A stretch of 24,680 nt of DNA, from assembly GCA_016840465.1 (NCBI GenBank), contig JAEOSH010000030.1, positions 1-24,680 of the forward strand, written 5' to 3'. A program made the translations under genes and the position numbers. Numbering within the stretch: position 1 is the stretch's first letter; every line of letters starts with the position of its first letter. The notes beneath the pieces are model-generated. The model was not told the origin of the DNA, did no database searches, and was given only the letters and a program-made list of their open reading frames with translations. Positions 1 through 8,209 of the stretch are shown in pieces. The stretch is from Candidatus Baldrarchaeum yapensis. Its GTDB lineage: Archaea; Asgardarchaeota; Baldrarchaeia; Baldrarchaeales; Baldrarchaeaceae.

Positions 1-1
1 C

Positions 2-823
2 GAAGTTCCCTACTTCGGCACACGCGACGAGTGGGTCCACTACTCCCCCGCCAAGAAGTGCTACGTGCACAGGTACGTCGTGGCAGCCGCCATCGACGGC
101 CCACGGAAGATCCCACTCTCCATAAGGCCCATCTCCATGTTCGACAGCCGCGCCGACGCCGTGGAGGCGGTGCTTCGTGACATCGAGAGGCTGGGGCTCG
201 AGGTCGAGGGGGTCTACATGGATTGTGGCTTTTTCTCGGTGGAGGTCATGGAGGTTCTCGCGAGAAGGAACATCCCGTTTGCGATCGCCGCTAGGAGGAC
301 GGCGGGTATAAGGAGGGTTCTGGAGGGGCTGAGCGGCGACGGTCCACACGTTGTTCCGTACGTTGTGAGCGCGGGCGATGGGGGGAGGCAGATTAGAGTT
401 GATCTCGTTGTTTACTGGCGCGGTGGGAGGCGGATTGTGGTAGTGTGTCGCGGCATGTCGTTGGGCAATGCATTGGAGTACTGGCGGAGGTGGGGCGTTG
501 AGACGTGCAATCAGATGGTGAAGGCGCGGAGGGCGCGGACGTGCTCACGCAGCGTCGCGCTTAGATGGTTTTTGTTGCTTGTTTCCGCGGTCATTTATCT
601 TTCATACGTTTACCTTATTTCGCGATGCGATTCAGCCCCGGCGAGCTACACGTGCTTTCTCGGAGCGCTTGTTTTGCACTTCTTCGAGTTTGTGGTTGAT
701 AGGGCCCGCCCCCGGCTGATGTTCAGGATCTGCATGGTATTGCTTAGGGTTGCGCCCGCCGTACCGTATTTCGGTCGCCCGCCGGTGTGCGTTTCGCCGC
801 AGGGTGGGAGGTGGTGTGAATGA
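2..823 (+). mobile_element. IS4-superfamily (ISH3-like) DDE transposase, 5' end cut off by the window edge
   Basis: The frame is open from position 2 (EVPYFGTRDEWVHY...). It has a DDE-type motif VYMDCGFFS and an IS4 Y-R-E-K signature YWRRWGVETCNQMVK. The sequence is visibly GC-richer than the rest of the window. Confidence 0.85.
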
Positions 824-856
824 GGGAATAGACCATAAATGTCCATTCCTCAGAAA

Positions 857-871
857 GTTTCAGAAGTACTA
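857..871 (-). repeat. Candidate right terminal inverted repeat of the IS (TAGTACTTCTGAAAC on the minus strand)
   Basis: It lies 34-48 bp after the transposase stop, and its xAGTAC start resembles my recollection of ISH3-family ends. The partner repeat is outside the window, so it cannot be verified. Confidence 0.35.
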
Positions 872-904
872 TCTTCAAAAACCGTGTGAGAAGAATATTG
901 AAAA

Positions 905-1873
905 TCACAACACAACGAGGTCGGCAAGGTCTTCGCCATAATCTCCCATCTTCTTAAGTGTATTTATGACGGAATTTATAACGACAATATCCCTCCCGTT
1001 TTTCAAGGCTGTAGCACTCGCATCCTCAAGCAAACGGTAAAATTTCTGCTTCTTCTCTATTATCGTATCTGCTAGTTGTTTGTCCCGATTGTAAAAGGCA
1101 TCAAACGCCGTCTTGTGCATCTCGTAGGCACTATTGCTTAACATCCTTATTTTGTCCCTAATATCGGTGGATAGCATCGCCGGCGCCTCAATTGCCCGCT
1201 CACATATTTCAACGGCACAGTCCGCAAGAGACTCGATTATTTTCACTGCAAGACGATAGTCAAGACATTCAAGAGGTGATAAATTGAGCTTCCGCGCAAC
1301 GTGAGGGTCCATAACGGCCACTCTCAATTGCCGCACCAGCAAGAAGTAGAGCCTGTCAACCTCATCGTCTCTATTTATAACGTTCTTGGCAAGTTCCTCA
1401 TCTTGATTAAGAAAGGCGTCCACAGCATCCATATGCATCCTAGACGCCATCATATAAATTCTCTTAAGAGACTTCTTCACTGGGAGCGCCACGGGCGATA
1501 GTAGACACTGAAGTGTTATTTTTTTGGAATCCTCATCAACTATTTCAACCCCTACGAGTTTCTGCACGGTTGCCTTCACCTTCATCCGTTGCTCATAAGT
1601 TATTCTGTCTTTAGCCACCAACTGTATGATGTCGTATCCAAGCAAATATTTGGCAACTATCTCCCGGAAAAGATCCTTTGCATCGATGTTTATCGTTGCA
1701 ACGCTCCGCTCCGCCTCCCTCTCATGCCTCGGATCAAGTAACAAAGATCCGTCCTTTGTCACAAATATCGCTATGGGATCGCCCTGCTTTAGCCCCATGC
1801 GCTCGACCCATTCTTTCGGTAATGATATCAGGTACGTGCTCCCGCCTGTCTTCTGCAACTTCCTTACTTCCAT
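905..1873 (-). CDS. phoU: Phosphate uptake regulator, PhoU family, with N-terminal AbrB/SpoVT-type DNA-binding domain
   Basis: N-terminal RKLQKTGGSTYLISLPKEWV is the AbrB-like motif. PhoU repeats follow (VINRDDEVDRLYFLLVRQL; KKMGDYGEDLADLV). The start is placed at ATG 1873 after a GGTGG RBS; the ORF track extends to 1957. Confidence 0.92.
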   Translation of the reverse strand: MEVRKLQKTGGSTYLISLPKEWVERMGLKQGDPIAIFVTKDGSLLLDPRHEREAERSVATINIDAKDLFREIVAKYLLGYDIIQLVAKDRITYEQRMKVKATVQKLVGVEIVDEDSKKITLQCLLSPVALPVKKSLKRIYMMASRMHMDAVDAFLNQDEELAKNVINRDDEVDRLYFLLVRQLRVAVMDPHVARKLNLSPLECLDYRLAVKIIESLADCAVEICERAIEAPAMLSTDIRDKIRMLSNSAYEMHKTAFDAFYNRDKQLADTIIEKKQKFYRLLEDASATALKNGRDIVVINSVINTLKKMGDYGEDLADLVVL

Positions 1874-2027
1874 ACTCGAACCACCACTATAAAATTCGCG
1901 ATGAAAATTTAAAGACTTGCTCATATCTTTGGTAATGGTTCGGTAATAATTCAACAAATATAAAGTCTATATTAATACCTTCATGCAGATAAAAATTGTA
2001 ACTAACTATATAGTTTTGGTGACCAGC

Positions 2028-2618
2028 GTGAAGTGCCAGCGCATCAGAGTTGTAGGCGTGGATCTCGCAGGATCTGAGAGAAGAGAAACCGGGTGGGCCT
2101 TACTAGATGGAAGAACGCTTACCGTTAAGAAATTATTTTCGGACGATGAAATAATAAGGGAAACACTAGATGCTCATCCTCTCGTGGTTGCAATAGATGC
2201 CCCACTTTCGCTACCGACCTCTGGTAAAATGCGCAGAGCCGATAGGGAGATGCATAGATTCGGGCTCCCAGTGCTGCCACCGCTTTTTCCGCACATGAGA
2301 ATGCTGACATACCGAGGTATTAGAATAGCACGCATCCTCAGATCACACGGCTTAAAAGTCATAGAGGTTCATCCTACATCAACACGAAAAATACTCGGAC
2401 TGCCCCCAAGAAAAGATCCTATGGTTATCCAAGATGCCATTACGAAATTGGGCTACAACGGGGACGTAAGGAGAAAAAGCCTGTCAATGCATGAGGTAGA
2501 CGCTATACTTGCGGCAATAACTGCAGAACTTTACATTCGGGGGCTGACCACAGAGGTTGGAGATCCGATGGAGGGAGTAATAATAATACCCCGTAGGAGT
2601 GATGAGCGCATTGAGTGA
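2028..2618 (+). CDS. DUF429-family predicted nuclease (RNase H-like fold)
   Basis: Motifs VGVDLAGSERRETG, VVAIDAPLSLP, IEVHPTST and HEVDAILAA. The start is uncertain (GTG 2028 preferred, ORF open from 1983). Confidence 0.8.
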   Translation: MKCQRIRVVGVDLAGSERRETGWALLDGRTLTVKKLFSDDEIIRETLDAHPLVVAIDAPLSLPTSGKMRRADREMHRFGLPVLPPLFPHMRMLTYRGIRIARILRSHGLKVIEVHPTSTRKILGLPPRKDPMVIQDAITKLGYNGDVRRKSLSMHEVDAILAAITAELYIRGLTTEVGDPMEGVIIIPRRSDERIE

Positions 2619-3984
2619 GAATAATATTGCTCTTAAAATAGTGAAAAGACTCCTAAAAGAGGGATTGCACATAACTCCAGAGGCTCTCGATCTGCTTATT
2701 AAGACCGATAATCCCGAAGGCGCTCTCAACACTCTTCTCGAAAAACTAAAAGAAATGAAAGAGTTGCCAATAGTCGTTGATGTACCCCATCTGAGCAATA
2801 TCATACACCCGCCGGAAAAAGAGTTTCCGGAACGTGAGGAGATCACCATTGAAGAGTTTTCGATATTACGCCAGCCATCTTGGGACTCCTTTATGGGAAC
2901 AAATATGAACGCACGTGTAAATTACCTGAAGTCGAGATATGAGAAGTTAAAGTCCATATTCACGCAGCAATACGAGCACGTAAGTATTGCAGAGGCTAAG
3001 AAGTTCAAAAAAGGAGAAGTTGTTTCATTGGTAGCAATGATTACGGGTGTCAATCGCGAGGATGAGAAAGTAACAATGATGTTGGAGGACGAGTCCGGTG
3101 CGGTTCTAGCAATCGCTGATCTGAAGAATATGACCATATTTCCGGTGCCAGATATTGTCATTTATGTTAAAGGGGAAGTTGAAAGTCCAGATACCATAAT
3201 TGTAAAAGAAGTAAATCTGCCACCAGAAGACTTCGAAAAACGTCAATCACTTAAACCACCTTCCACAGTGTTTGCAGTGCTGATTTCTGATATACATGTA
3301 GGAAACCCGAATTTTGCTGAGGAACAGTTCAAAAAGTTGTTAAGGTGGATATCGCACAACCACAAATCCCTTAACATAAAATATATCATAATCGCGGGAG
3401 ATGTAGGAGAATTTTCACCAAGTTCCCCATACACTCCCTATGAAAGATTCTCACAACTTATCTCTCAGATACCATCGGAGATAAGAATAATAATCATACC
3501 TGGAGATAGCGATAGCCTCATCCCGACACTTCCACAGATTCCCCATAAGTTCATCCAGAAAATTGAGAAGTTGAGAAATAATATGCATGTGTTTGGAAAC
3601 CCTACACTTATCTCGCTATTAGGAGTGAAGATTTTTGTATACCATCCAATCGGACTCGAGAAGGTTGCATTATCGTTACCAGGCGTCACACGTCCCTCGC
3701 AAATTGTCGAATATCTAATAAAAACTCGATGCATGGCCCCCTACCTCGAAAAAGTTCCTGTATTGCCCCATAAGGATGATATCTTCGTACTAGAAGACGT
3801 TCCCGATGTCATACACTTAGGGCATCTACACTCCGCAGACTCCGGCCGCTATAAGAACCTGGTATATGTGTGCTCCGGTTCTTGGATAAAAAACGACCCC
3901 GGAAAACTGCCATTCTCACCATCCACATGCGTTGCACATCTCCTAAACCTAAAAACATTGGAAGTTCACGAAATTACCTTTTGA
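2599..3984 (+). CDS. DNA polymerase D small subunit (DP1)-like protein with OB fold and calcineurin-like phosphoesterase domain; exonuclease motif degenerate
   Basis: N-terminal helical domain, OB-fold segment (MMLEDESG), and motifs SDIHVG, IIAGD, VPDVIHLGHLH and SGSW. The canonical GNHD reads GDSD. The gene is adjacent to orc1/cdc6. Confidence 0.8.
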   Translation: MMSALSENNIALKIVKRLLKEGLHITPEALDLLIKTDNPEGALNTLLEKLKEMKELPIVVDVPHLSNIIHPPEKEFPEREEITIEEFSILRQPSWDSFMGTNMNARVNYLKSRYEKLKSIFTQQYEHVSIAEAKKFKKGEVVSLVAMITGVNREDEKVTMMLEDESGAVLAIADLKNMTIFPVPDIVIYVKGEVESPDTIIVKEVNLPPEDFEKRQSLKPPSTVFAVLISDIHVGNPNFAEEQFKKLLRWISHNHKSLNIKYIIIAGDVGEFSPSSPYTPYERFSQLISQIPSEIRIIIIPGDSDSLIPTLPQIPHKFIQKIEKLRNNMHVFGNPTLISLLGVKIFVYHPIGLEKVALSLPGVTRPSQIVEYLIKTRCMAPYLEKVPVLPHKDDIFVLEDVPDVIHLGHLHSADSGRYKNLVYVCSGSWIKNDPGKLPFSPSTCVAHLLNLKTLEVHEITF

Positions 3985-5221
3985 GAACCGAGGATGGTAA
4001 ATTAAAATCACTCAATTTTCTGAGAAACGGGTCCTCGTTCAGGACCTCCTTTATCAACTCCAACGGAACCGTCAATGTTATCTTCTTGGTCCTGCCGTAC
4101 CGCCCCTTACTTATAACTCTTGCGTTTATTAGCCCTAACATGTCCAAATCGTTAAGAAGATCACTCATCCTGCGTTGCGTCACAGGATCTATTCTCAAGA
4201 ACTGACAAACTTCCTTATACGTTTCGTATATGAGACCTGTTATCGCCTCCGCAACCTTTGCCCTTTTAAGCAGATAAATGCTGAATAGAACCAACTTTGA
4301 TTGTAATGGTAACGTGCGCACGGTCTCCCTCACAGTATCTCTCTCTATCTCCCTCAAAGCTCTCCAAACATGATCCGTCGTAACCTTACTGGCTCCCTCC
4401 CTCTCCGCAATTTCCCCAGCAACCCGCAGGAGATCTAAAGCTCTTCTAGCATCGCCATGCTCCCTCGCAGCGAGCGCTGCACAGAGATTTATCACGTCAT
4501 CTCCCACGACCCCATCATTAAAACTTATTTTCACCCTCTGCAACAATATGTCCCTTAATTCGTCTGCAGTATATGGGGGGAAGAAGACTTCTTCCTCACT
4601 TAAGCTACTAAGAACACGAGGATCGAGATAATCCTTAAACATCATGTCATTCGAAATCCCGATCACACAAACGCGTGCCTGAGAAAGATGCGAGTTTATC
4701 CTAGTGAGATTGTACAAAACGTCATTTGCAATGTCTTTATTCTTTTTTATCAATCTGTCTAACTCATCTAAAACTATTATCATTAGATTTGATGTTCTAT
4801 CAAGGTAAGCCTTGAACTTCTCGTAAAGCGTGTCGGTGGGTAACCCGGTGAAGGGAACTTTCCCACCAACTTCTTCACAGAGGCGTGCCAACACCCTATA
4901 ACACGTATCCACAATCCTACAATTAATATATGCGGTCAAGGGCTTTGAAACACCTAATTTGTCACATACGTTCTCTAAATACTTGAGAACATAAAGTGCA
5001 ACAGCGGTTTTTCCGGTCCCCGTCTTCCCGTATAAGAACGCGTTTGAGGGCGTCCCGCCCTTGAGTGCAGTGGCAAGGATCGCACCCAACTTTGTTATCT
5101 GCTCCTCGCGATGAGGAAGTTCATCAGGAACATAACTAGGCCTTAATGCGTCCCGGTTCTTGAACAGAGATGGCGATGACAGTATCTGCTTGAATAGATT
5201 ATCGAGAATGCTGCTCTTCAT
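3974..5221 (-). CDS. cdc6: Orc1/Cdc6 replication initiator (AAA+ plus winged helix)
   Basis: Walker A GKTGTGKT, Walker B VLDELD, sensor GDARRALDLL, and C-terminal wH segment SKGRYGRTK. The start is placed at ATG 5221 after a GGTGA RBS; the ORF track extends to 5293. Confidence 0.96.
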   Translation of the reverse strand: MKSSILDNLFKQILSSPSLFKNRDALRPSYVPDELPHREEQITKLGAILATALKGGTPSNAFLYGKTGTGKTAVALYVLKYLENVCDKLGVSKPLTAYINCRIVDTCYRVLARLCEEVGGKVPFTGLPTDTLYEKFKAYLDRTSNLMIIVLDELDRLIKKNKDIANDVLYNLTRINSHLSQARVCVIGISNDMMFKDYLDPRVLSSLSEEEVFFPPYTADELRDILLQRVKISFNDGVVGDDVINLCAALAAREHGDARRALDLLRVAGEIAEREGASKVTTDHVWRALREIERDTVRETVRTLPLQSKLVLFSIYLLKRAKVAEAITGLIYETYKEVCQFLRIDPVTQRRMSDLLNDLDMLGLINARVISKGRYGRTKKITLTVPLELIKEVLNEDPFLRKLSDFNLPSSVLKR

Positions 5222-5387
5222 GCCGCTACTCACCACTAACTGCAATTCGGTTTTCAGAACATGATTCACTTCCACTCTCAAGATTTCTTCCATCTCTTAA
5301 ATATCCTCATATTACGTTTAACATAATAGCCCATGACGATCCTCTCAACTCCCGTTTAATGTCAACACCGATATCTCACGATAAAAG

Positions 5388-5403
5388 GTGGCCCAAGGGA
5401 CCC
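5388..5403 (+). promoter_or_regulatory. GC-rich motif GTGGCCC-RR-GGGACCC, copy 1
   Basis: GTGGCCCAAGGGACCC in the cdc6/HTH-CBS intergenic region; near-identical copies at 6476 and 8194. Confidence 0.6.
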
Positions 5404-5590
5404 ATTTTTAATCTCCTTAAAGGATCTGAAAATGCTGACTTTATACTTTATACTCTGTCAAAAACTTCATGACTCGATTAACAATCAGGGAGTTTCTACC
5501 TAGCGAACCGCATACCTCCCGATTTGCCATCCCAAAAAATTAACATCTCCTGTTAGCAAAATATATACACGATCCATCCTACGGAGTCGT

Positions 5591-6187
5591 GTGTCGATGA
5601 GTGAATTCAAGATACCGGAGCTTCCCACCGCCGAGGATATAAAGAGACTCAGAAGAATGGTCAAATTAACACAAGCAGAATTGGCAAAACTAGCAGGCGT
5701 AAGTCAGTCACTCATTGCTAGGATAGAAAAGGGATCCGTGGATCCTAGGCTCTCAACGTTGAGAAAAATCATAGAGGCGATTAAAAAAGCCGAAAAGAAA
5801 AACCTTGAAAAGAAAAAAGCCAGCGATGTCATGTATAAGGGAGTTATTACCGTCAGAAAGAATGATACCGTGAAAAAAGCCGTAGAACTTATGGAAAAAT
5901 ATGCAATATCGCAGTTACCGGTCGTTGATGAGAACGGATACCCAGTGGGCGGAATACAGGAATCCACGATACTTAAGAAATTGCTCGATTACGATCCGAA
6001 CGAGTTATTCGAAATGAAGGTGGAGGAAATCATGGAAGAGTGCTTTCCGCTCGTATCGCCATCTACAAGCATAGATACCGTCTATGAACTAATCCTAAGT
6101 GGGCACCCCGCAGTACTTGTTATGGACAAAGGGAAGCTCGTTGGCATAATCACGAAAATCGACCTTATTTCTCATGCGAAGAAGTAG
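5591..6187 (+). CDS. XRE-type HTH transcriptional regulator with tandem CBS domains (COG3620-like)
   Basis: HTH segment LTQAELAKLAGVSQSLIARIEKGSVDPRLSTL, followed by CBS repeats (ISQLPVVDENGYPVG; AVLVMDKGKLVGIITKIDL). Confidence 0.92.
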   Translation: MSMSEFKIPELPTAEDIKRLRRMVKLTQAELAKLAGVSQSLIARIEKGSVDPRLSTLRKIIEAIKKAEKKNLEKKKASDVMYKGVITVRKNDTVKKAVELMEKYAISQLPVVDENGYPVGGIQESTILKKLLDYDPNELFEMKVEEIMEECFPLVSPSTSIDTVYELILSGHPAVLVMDKGKLVGIITKIDLISHAKK

Positions 6188-6213
6188 TGTTCTTGTTAAT
6201 TTTGTAACAAGAG

Positions 6214-6238
6214 ACCCCCTCCTTTTCTTCCACTGGAA
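6214..6238 (-). promoter_or_regulatory. Origin recognition box ORB1
   Basis: Minus strand reads TTCCAGTGGAAGAAAAGGAGGGGGT, matching the archaeal ORB pattern TTCCAGTGGAAA plus G-string. Confidence 0.85.
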
Positions 6239-6408
6239 GTTTCCAAAAGAAGTATTGTTACTTTATTAGGGATAATAATATAACCCCCCATTATTTCTTT
6301 CATAGGTCAAATAAAAAATTCACACTAAAAAATTATGAAGAAATTTTCAAGAAATTTTGATAGACTTTTGTTACAAAAGTAACAAACAAAAGATCGTCTA
6401 TACACGTG

Positions 6409-6434
6409 TTCCAGTGGAAATAGAGGGGTGGGGT
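6409..6434 (+). promoter_or_regulatory. Origin recognition box ORB2
   Basis: TTCCAGTGGAAATAGAGGGGTGGGGT, with an extended G-string. Confidence 0.88.
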
Positions 6435-6475
6435 CGTCATACGTTGCTTTTTAAGTAATAAACGGGAATATAGGG

Positions 6476-6491
6476 GTGGCCCGGGGGACCC
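6476..6491 (+). promoter_or_regulatory. GC-rich motif GTGGCCC-RR-GGGACCC, copy 2
   Basis: GTGGCCCGGGGGACCC, between a TATA-like TTTTAAGT (~6449) and the RBS/ATG of the 6502 gene. Confidence 0.6.
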
Positions 6492-6501
6492 GGTGGTTGG
6501 A

Positions 6502-6939
6502 ATGATACGACTTGTGGTGTTTTGCTTCCATTTTTCGTCAAAGCCAAGTGACCCGAGGGATTTAAAAAGATGGTCCGTTAAAAAGACAAAATTCTACCGC
6601 GAACTTTATGGTGCCGACGTGAAGAACGTGAGGCGCAGGAAGGATGGAACAGTAACTGAAAGAGTATATCACGTACGTGGCCTTCTTGACGGAATACCGC
6701 ATATAAAACTTGATAGGAGCGTGTTTGCAGTCCCACCGGAGTTTGCGGCACGAGTTAGGAGTTTCTTTGAGAAGTATGCCGATGAAGTCGACTTTTGCAC
6801 TTTTATCGGATTATTTGATGAGGACATTATCAGGAAGAATTGCGATGGTGGAGAACTTTTACGGTTTATCACAAAAAATTTAGGAGATTTTACGAACAAG
6901 GAAAAGAATGGGAAAAATTATGAGAGTACTAATCTGTAG
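6502..6939 (+). CDS. Small hypothetical protein, possibly Cas2/PaaX-central-domain-like ferredoxin fold
   Basis: ORF with a GGTGG RBS before ATG 6502. The pattern LVVF...KFYRELYG...GLL...IKLDRSVFAVP suggests the fold. This is inference only. Confidence 0.55.
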   Translation: MIRLVVFCFHFSSKPSDPRDLKRWSVKKTKFYRELYGADVKNVRRRKDGTVTERVYHVRGLLDGIPHIKLDRSVFAVPPEFAARVRSFFEKYADEVDFCTFIGLFDEDIIRKNCDGGELLRFITKNLGDFTNKEKNGKNYESTNL

Positions 6940-7142
6940 TAGATTTTAGGTCGTCCTCTTCTTCCATCCCTGAGTGCGTATTTTTCGACCTTGCCTTCAA
7001 GTATCAGCTTTGTGAGGAGGTCGTACAGTGTGGTTCTTGGGATTCCTGTTATTTTTGACAGTTCATTTCTGGTTATTGGCCCCCGTTCCTTGAGAACCTG
7101 TAGCACCAATTGCTTTTTCTCCTCAACGTTTCTCTTAGCCAT
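6918..7142 (-). CDS. Small winged-helix DNA-binding protein (TrmB/ArsR-like)
   Basis: GPITRNELSKITGIPRTTLYDLLTKL helix-turn-helix, wing GRRGRPKIYY, and a GGAGGT RBS. Confidence 0.85.
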   Translation of the reverse strand: MAKRNVEEKKQLVLQVLKERGPITRNELSKITGIPRTTLYDLLTKLILEGKVEKYALRDGRRGRPKIYYRLVLS

Positions 7143-7234
7143 GCGTCATAACCTCCTTTGTAGCGCTTCTATCCTTTAGGTCGGACTTTGTAGAAAATAG
7201 TAACATATGTTTTTGAACTTTTTCATATCAACCG

Positions 7235-7651
7235 TCACATATTTTTAATGGCATTTTCAATAAGTCTATACTCTCTATTTAATCTGGCCCCCCTCCTATC
7301 GAGAATTCCCTCCTCGTAGAACCTTGCCAGGTAAGTTGCGACAGTGCTTGCCTTTATTTCCTCACCAAACTGCCGTTCATATTCTTCTTTCACGTCGGAG
7401 GACCGGAACCATCCGTATTTGAAATTGTTTTTGATGATATGTAGAAGTCTATCCTTTATAGTCAGTGACTCCAACTCGGTGGGCTCCTGTAACTCGGTCC
7501 CTCCCTCCCTTGGCACTTGGAGAAGTACAGCTTCTATGTATTTTTTCACCTCGGAGGGATCCTCTAATACCCACTGTCCCTTAATCGATAGCCTTACTTC
7601 CCCCTTCCCAGGGAGTTTGAGTTTCACTTCAATTTCGGGACCTTCTGGCAC
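7235..7651 (-). CDS. Hypothetical protein with C-terminal winged-helix domain
   Basis: C-terminal FRSSDVKEEYERQFGEEIKASTVATYLARFYEEGILDR...EYRL is wHTH-like. The start is placed at GTG 7651 after an AGGTGG RBS; the ORF track gives 7660. Confidence 0.72.
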   Translation of the reverse strand: MPEGPEIEVKLKLPGKGEVRLSIKGQWVLEDPSEVKKYIEAVLLQVPREGGTELQEPTELESLTIKDRLLHIIKNNFKYGWFRSSDVKEEYERQFGEEIKASTVATYLARFYEEGILDRRGARLNREYRLIENAIKNM

Positions 7652-7945
7652 ACATGCCACCTTTTATAATTACACGGGAAGCGTTGCGAATTCGCGAAAT
7701 AGATTCTCATGTAGAATTGTGAAATGGTGAATAAAAAAGTTACTGCATATTACAGTATCACGCATAATTATGAGAAATGCCATGTTATTTTTTGAGAATG
7801 TCTCATTTGTCATCATAATATTGCAAAAATAGGTGAAATTTTCGATATTTAATAAAGAAATCGGAACTTTCCAATCGCATTATTCACACAATTTCACAGG
7901 TTTGTGAAAAAGCGCAATGGAGAAATCTTATTAAACATCTCAGAT

Positions 7946-7966
7946 TTCCAGTGGAAACAAAGGGGT
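7946..7966 (+). promoter_or_regulatory. Origin recognition box ORB3 (distal)
   Basis: TTCCAGTGGAAACAAAGGGGT is a near-consensus ORB in a non-coding stretch of about 750 bp. Confidence 0.85.
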
Positions 7967-8193
7967 TCGGAAATCATATGTGAAATGGTACATAATGTGA
8001 TTCAATGGCGTTGCGAATTATTGTTTGAGGAATATGAGCGTGAAGTTATATACACAGGATGGCGCCATGAGAGAACATGTTAATTGTACATGTATGGGCA
8101 GTCCCATCACATAACTGGTTGCATGCGTGCGGAACATGCTGGGGCATCAGCACTAGAGGTCTCCGTTCTGCCACCGTATATGTAATATCAGTT

Positions 8194-8209
8194 GGGTCCC
8201 CTGGGCCAC
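8194..8209 (-). promoter_or_regulatory. GC-rich motif GTGGCCC-RR-GGGACCC, copy 3
   Basis: Minus strand reads GTGGCCCAGGGGACCC. Confidence 0.6.

Larger units (their letters stand above)
6192..6434. other. Probable replication origin (oriC) core: inverted ORBs flanking an AT-rich unwinding element
   Basis: ORBs at 6214-6238 (-) and 6409-6434 (+) with about 170 bp of very AT-rich DNA between them, including tandem AAGAAATTTT at 6338 and 6349. It lies about 1 kb from cdc6. Confidence 0.82.

Noticed and set aside
2599-2605. GTGATGA box-C-like sequence at the DUF429/DP1 overlap
   Set aside because: No D' or D box at guide distance, and the site is constrained by coding sequence.
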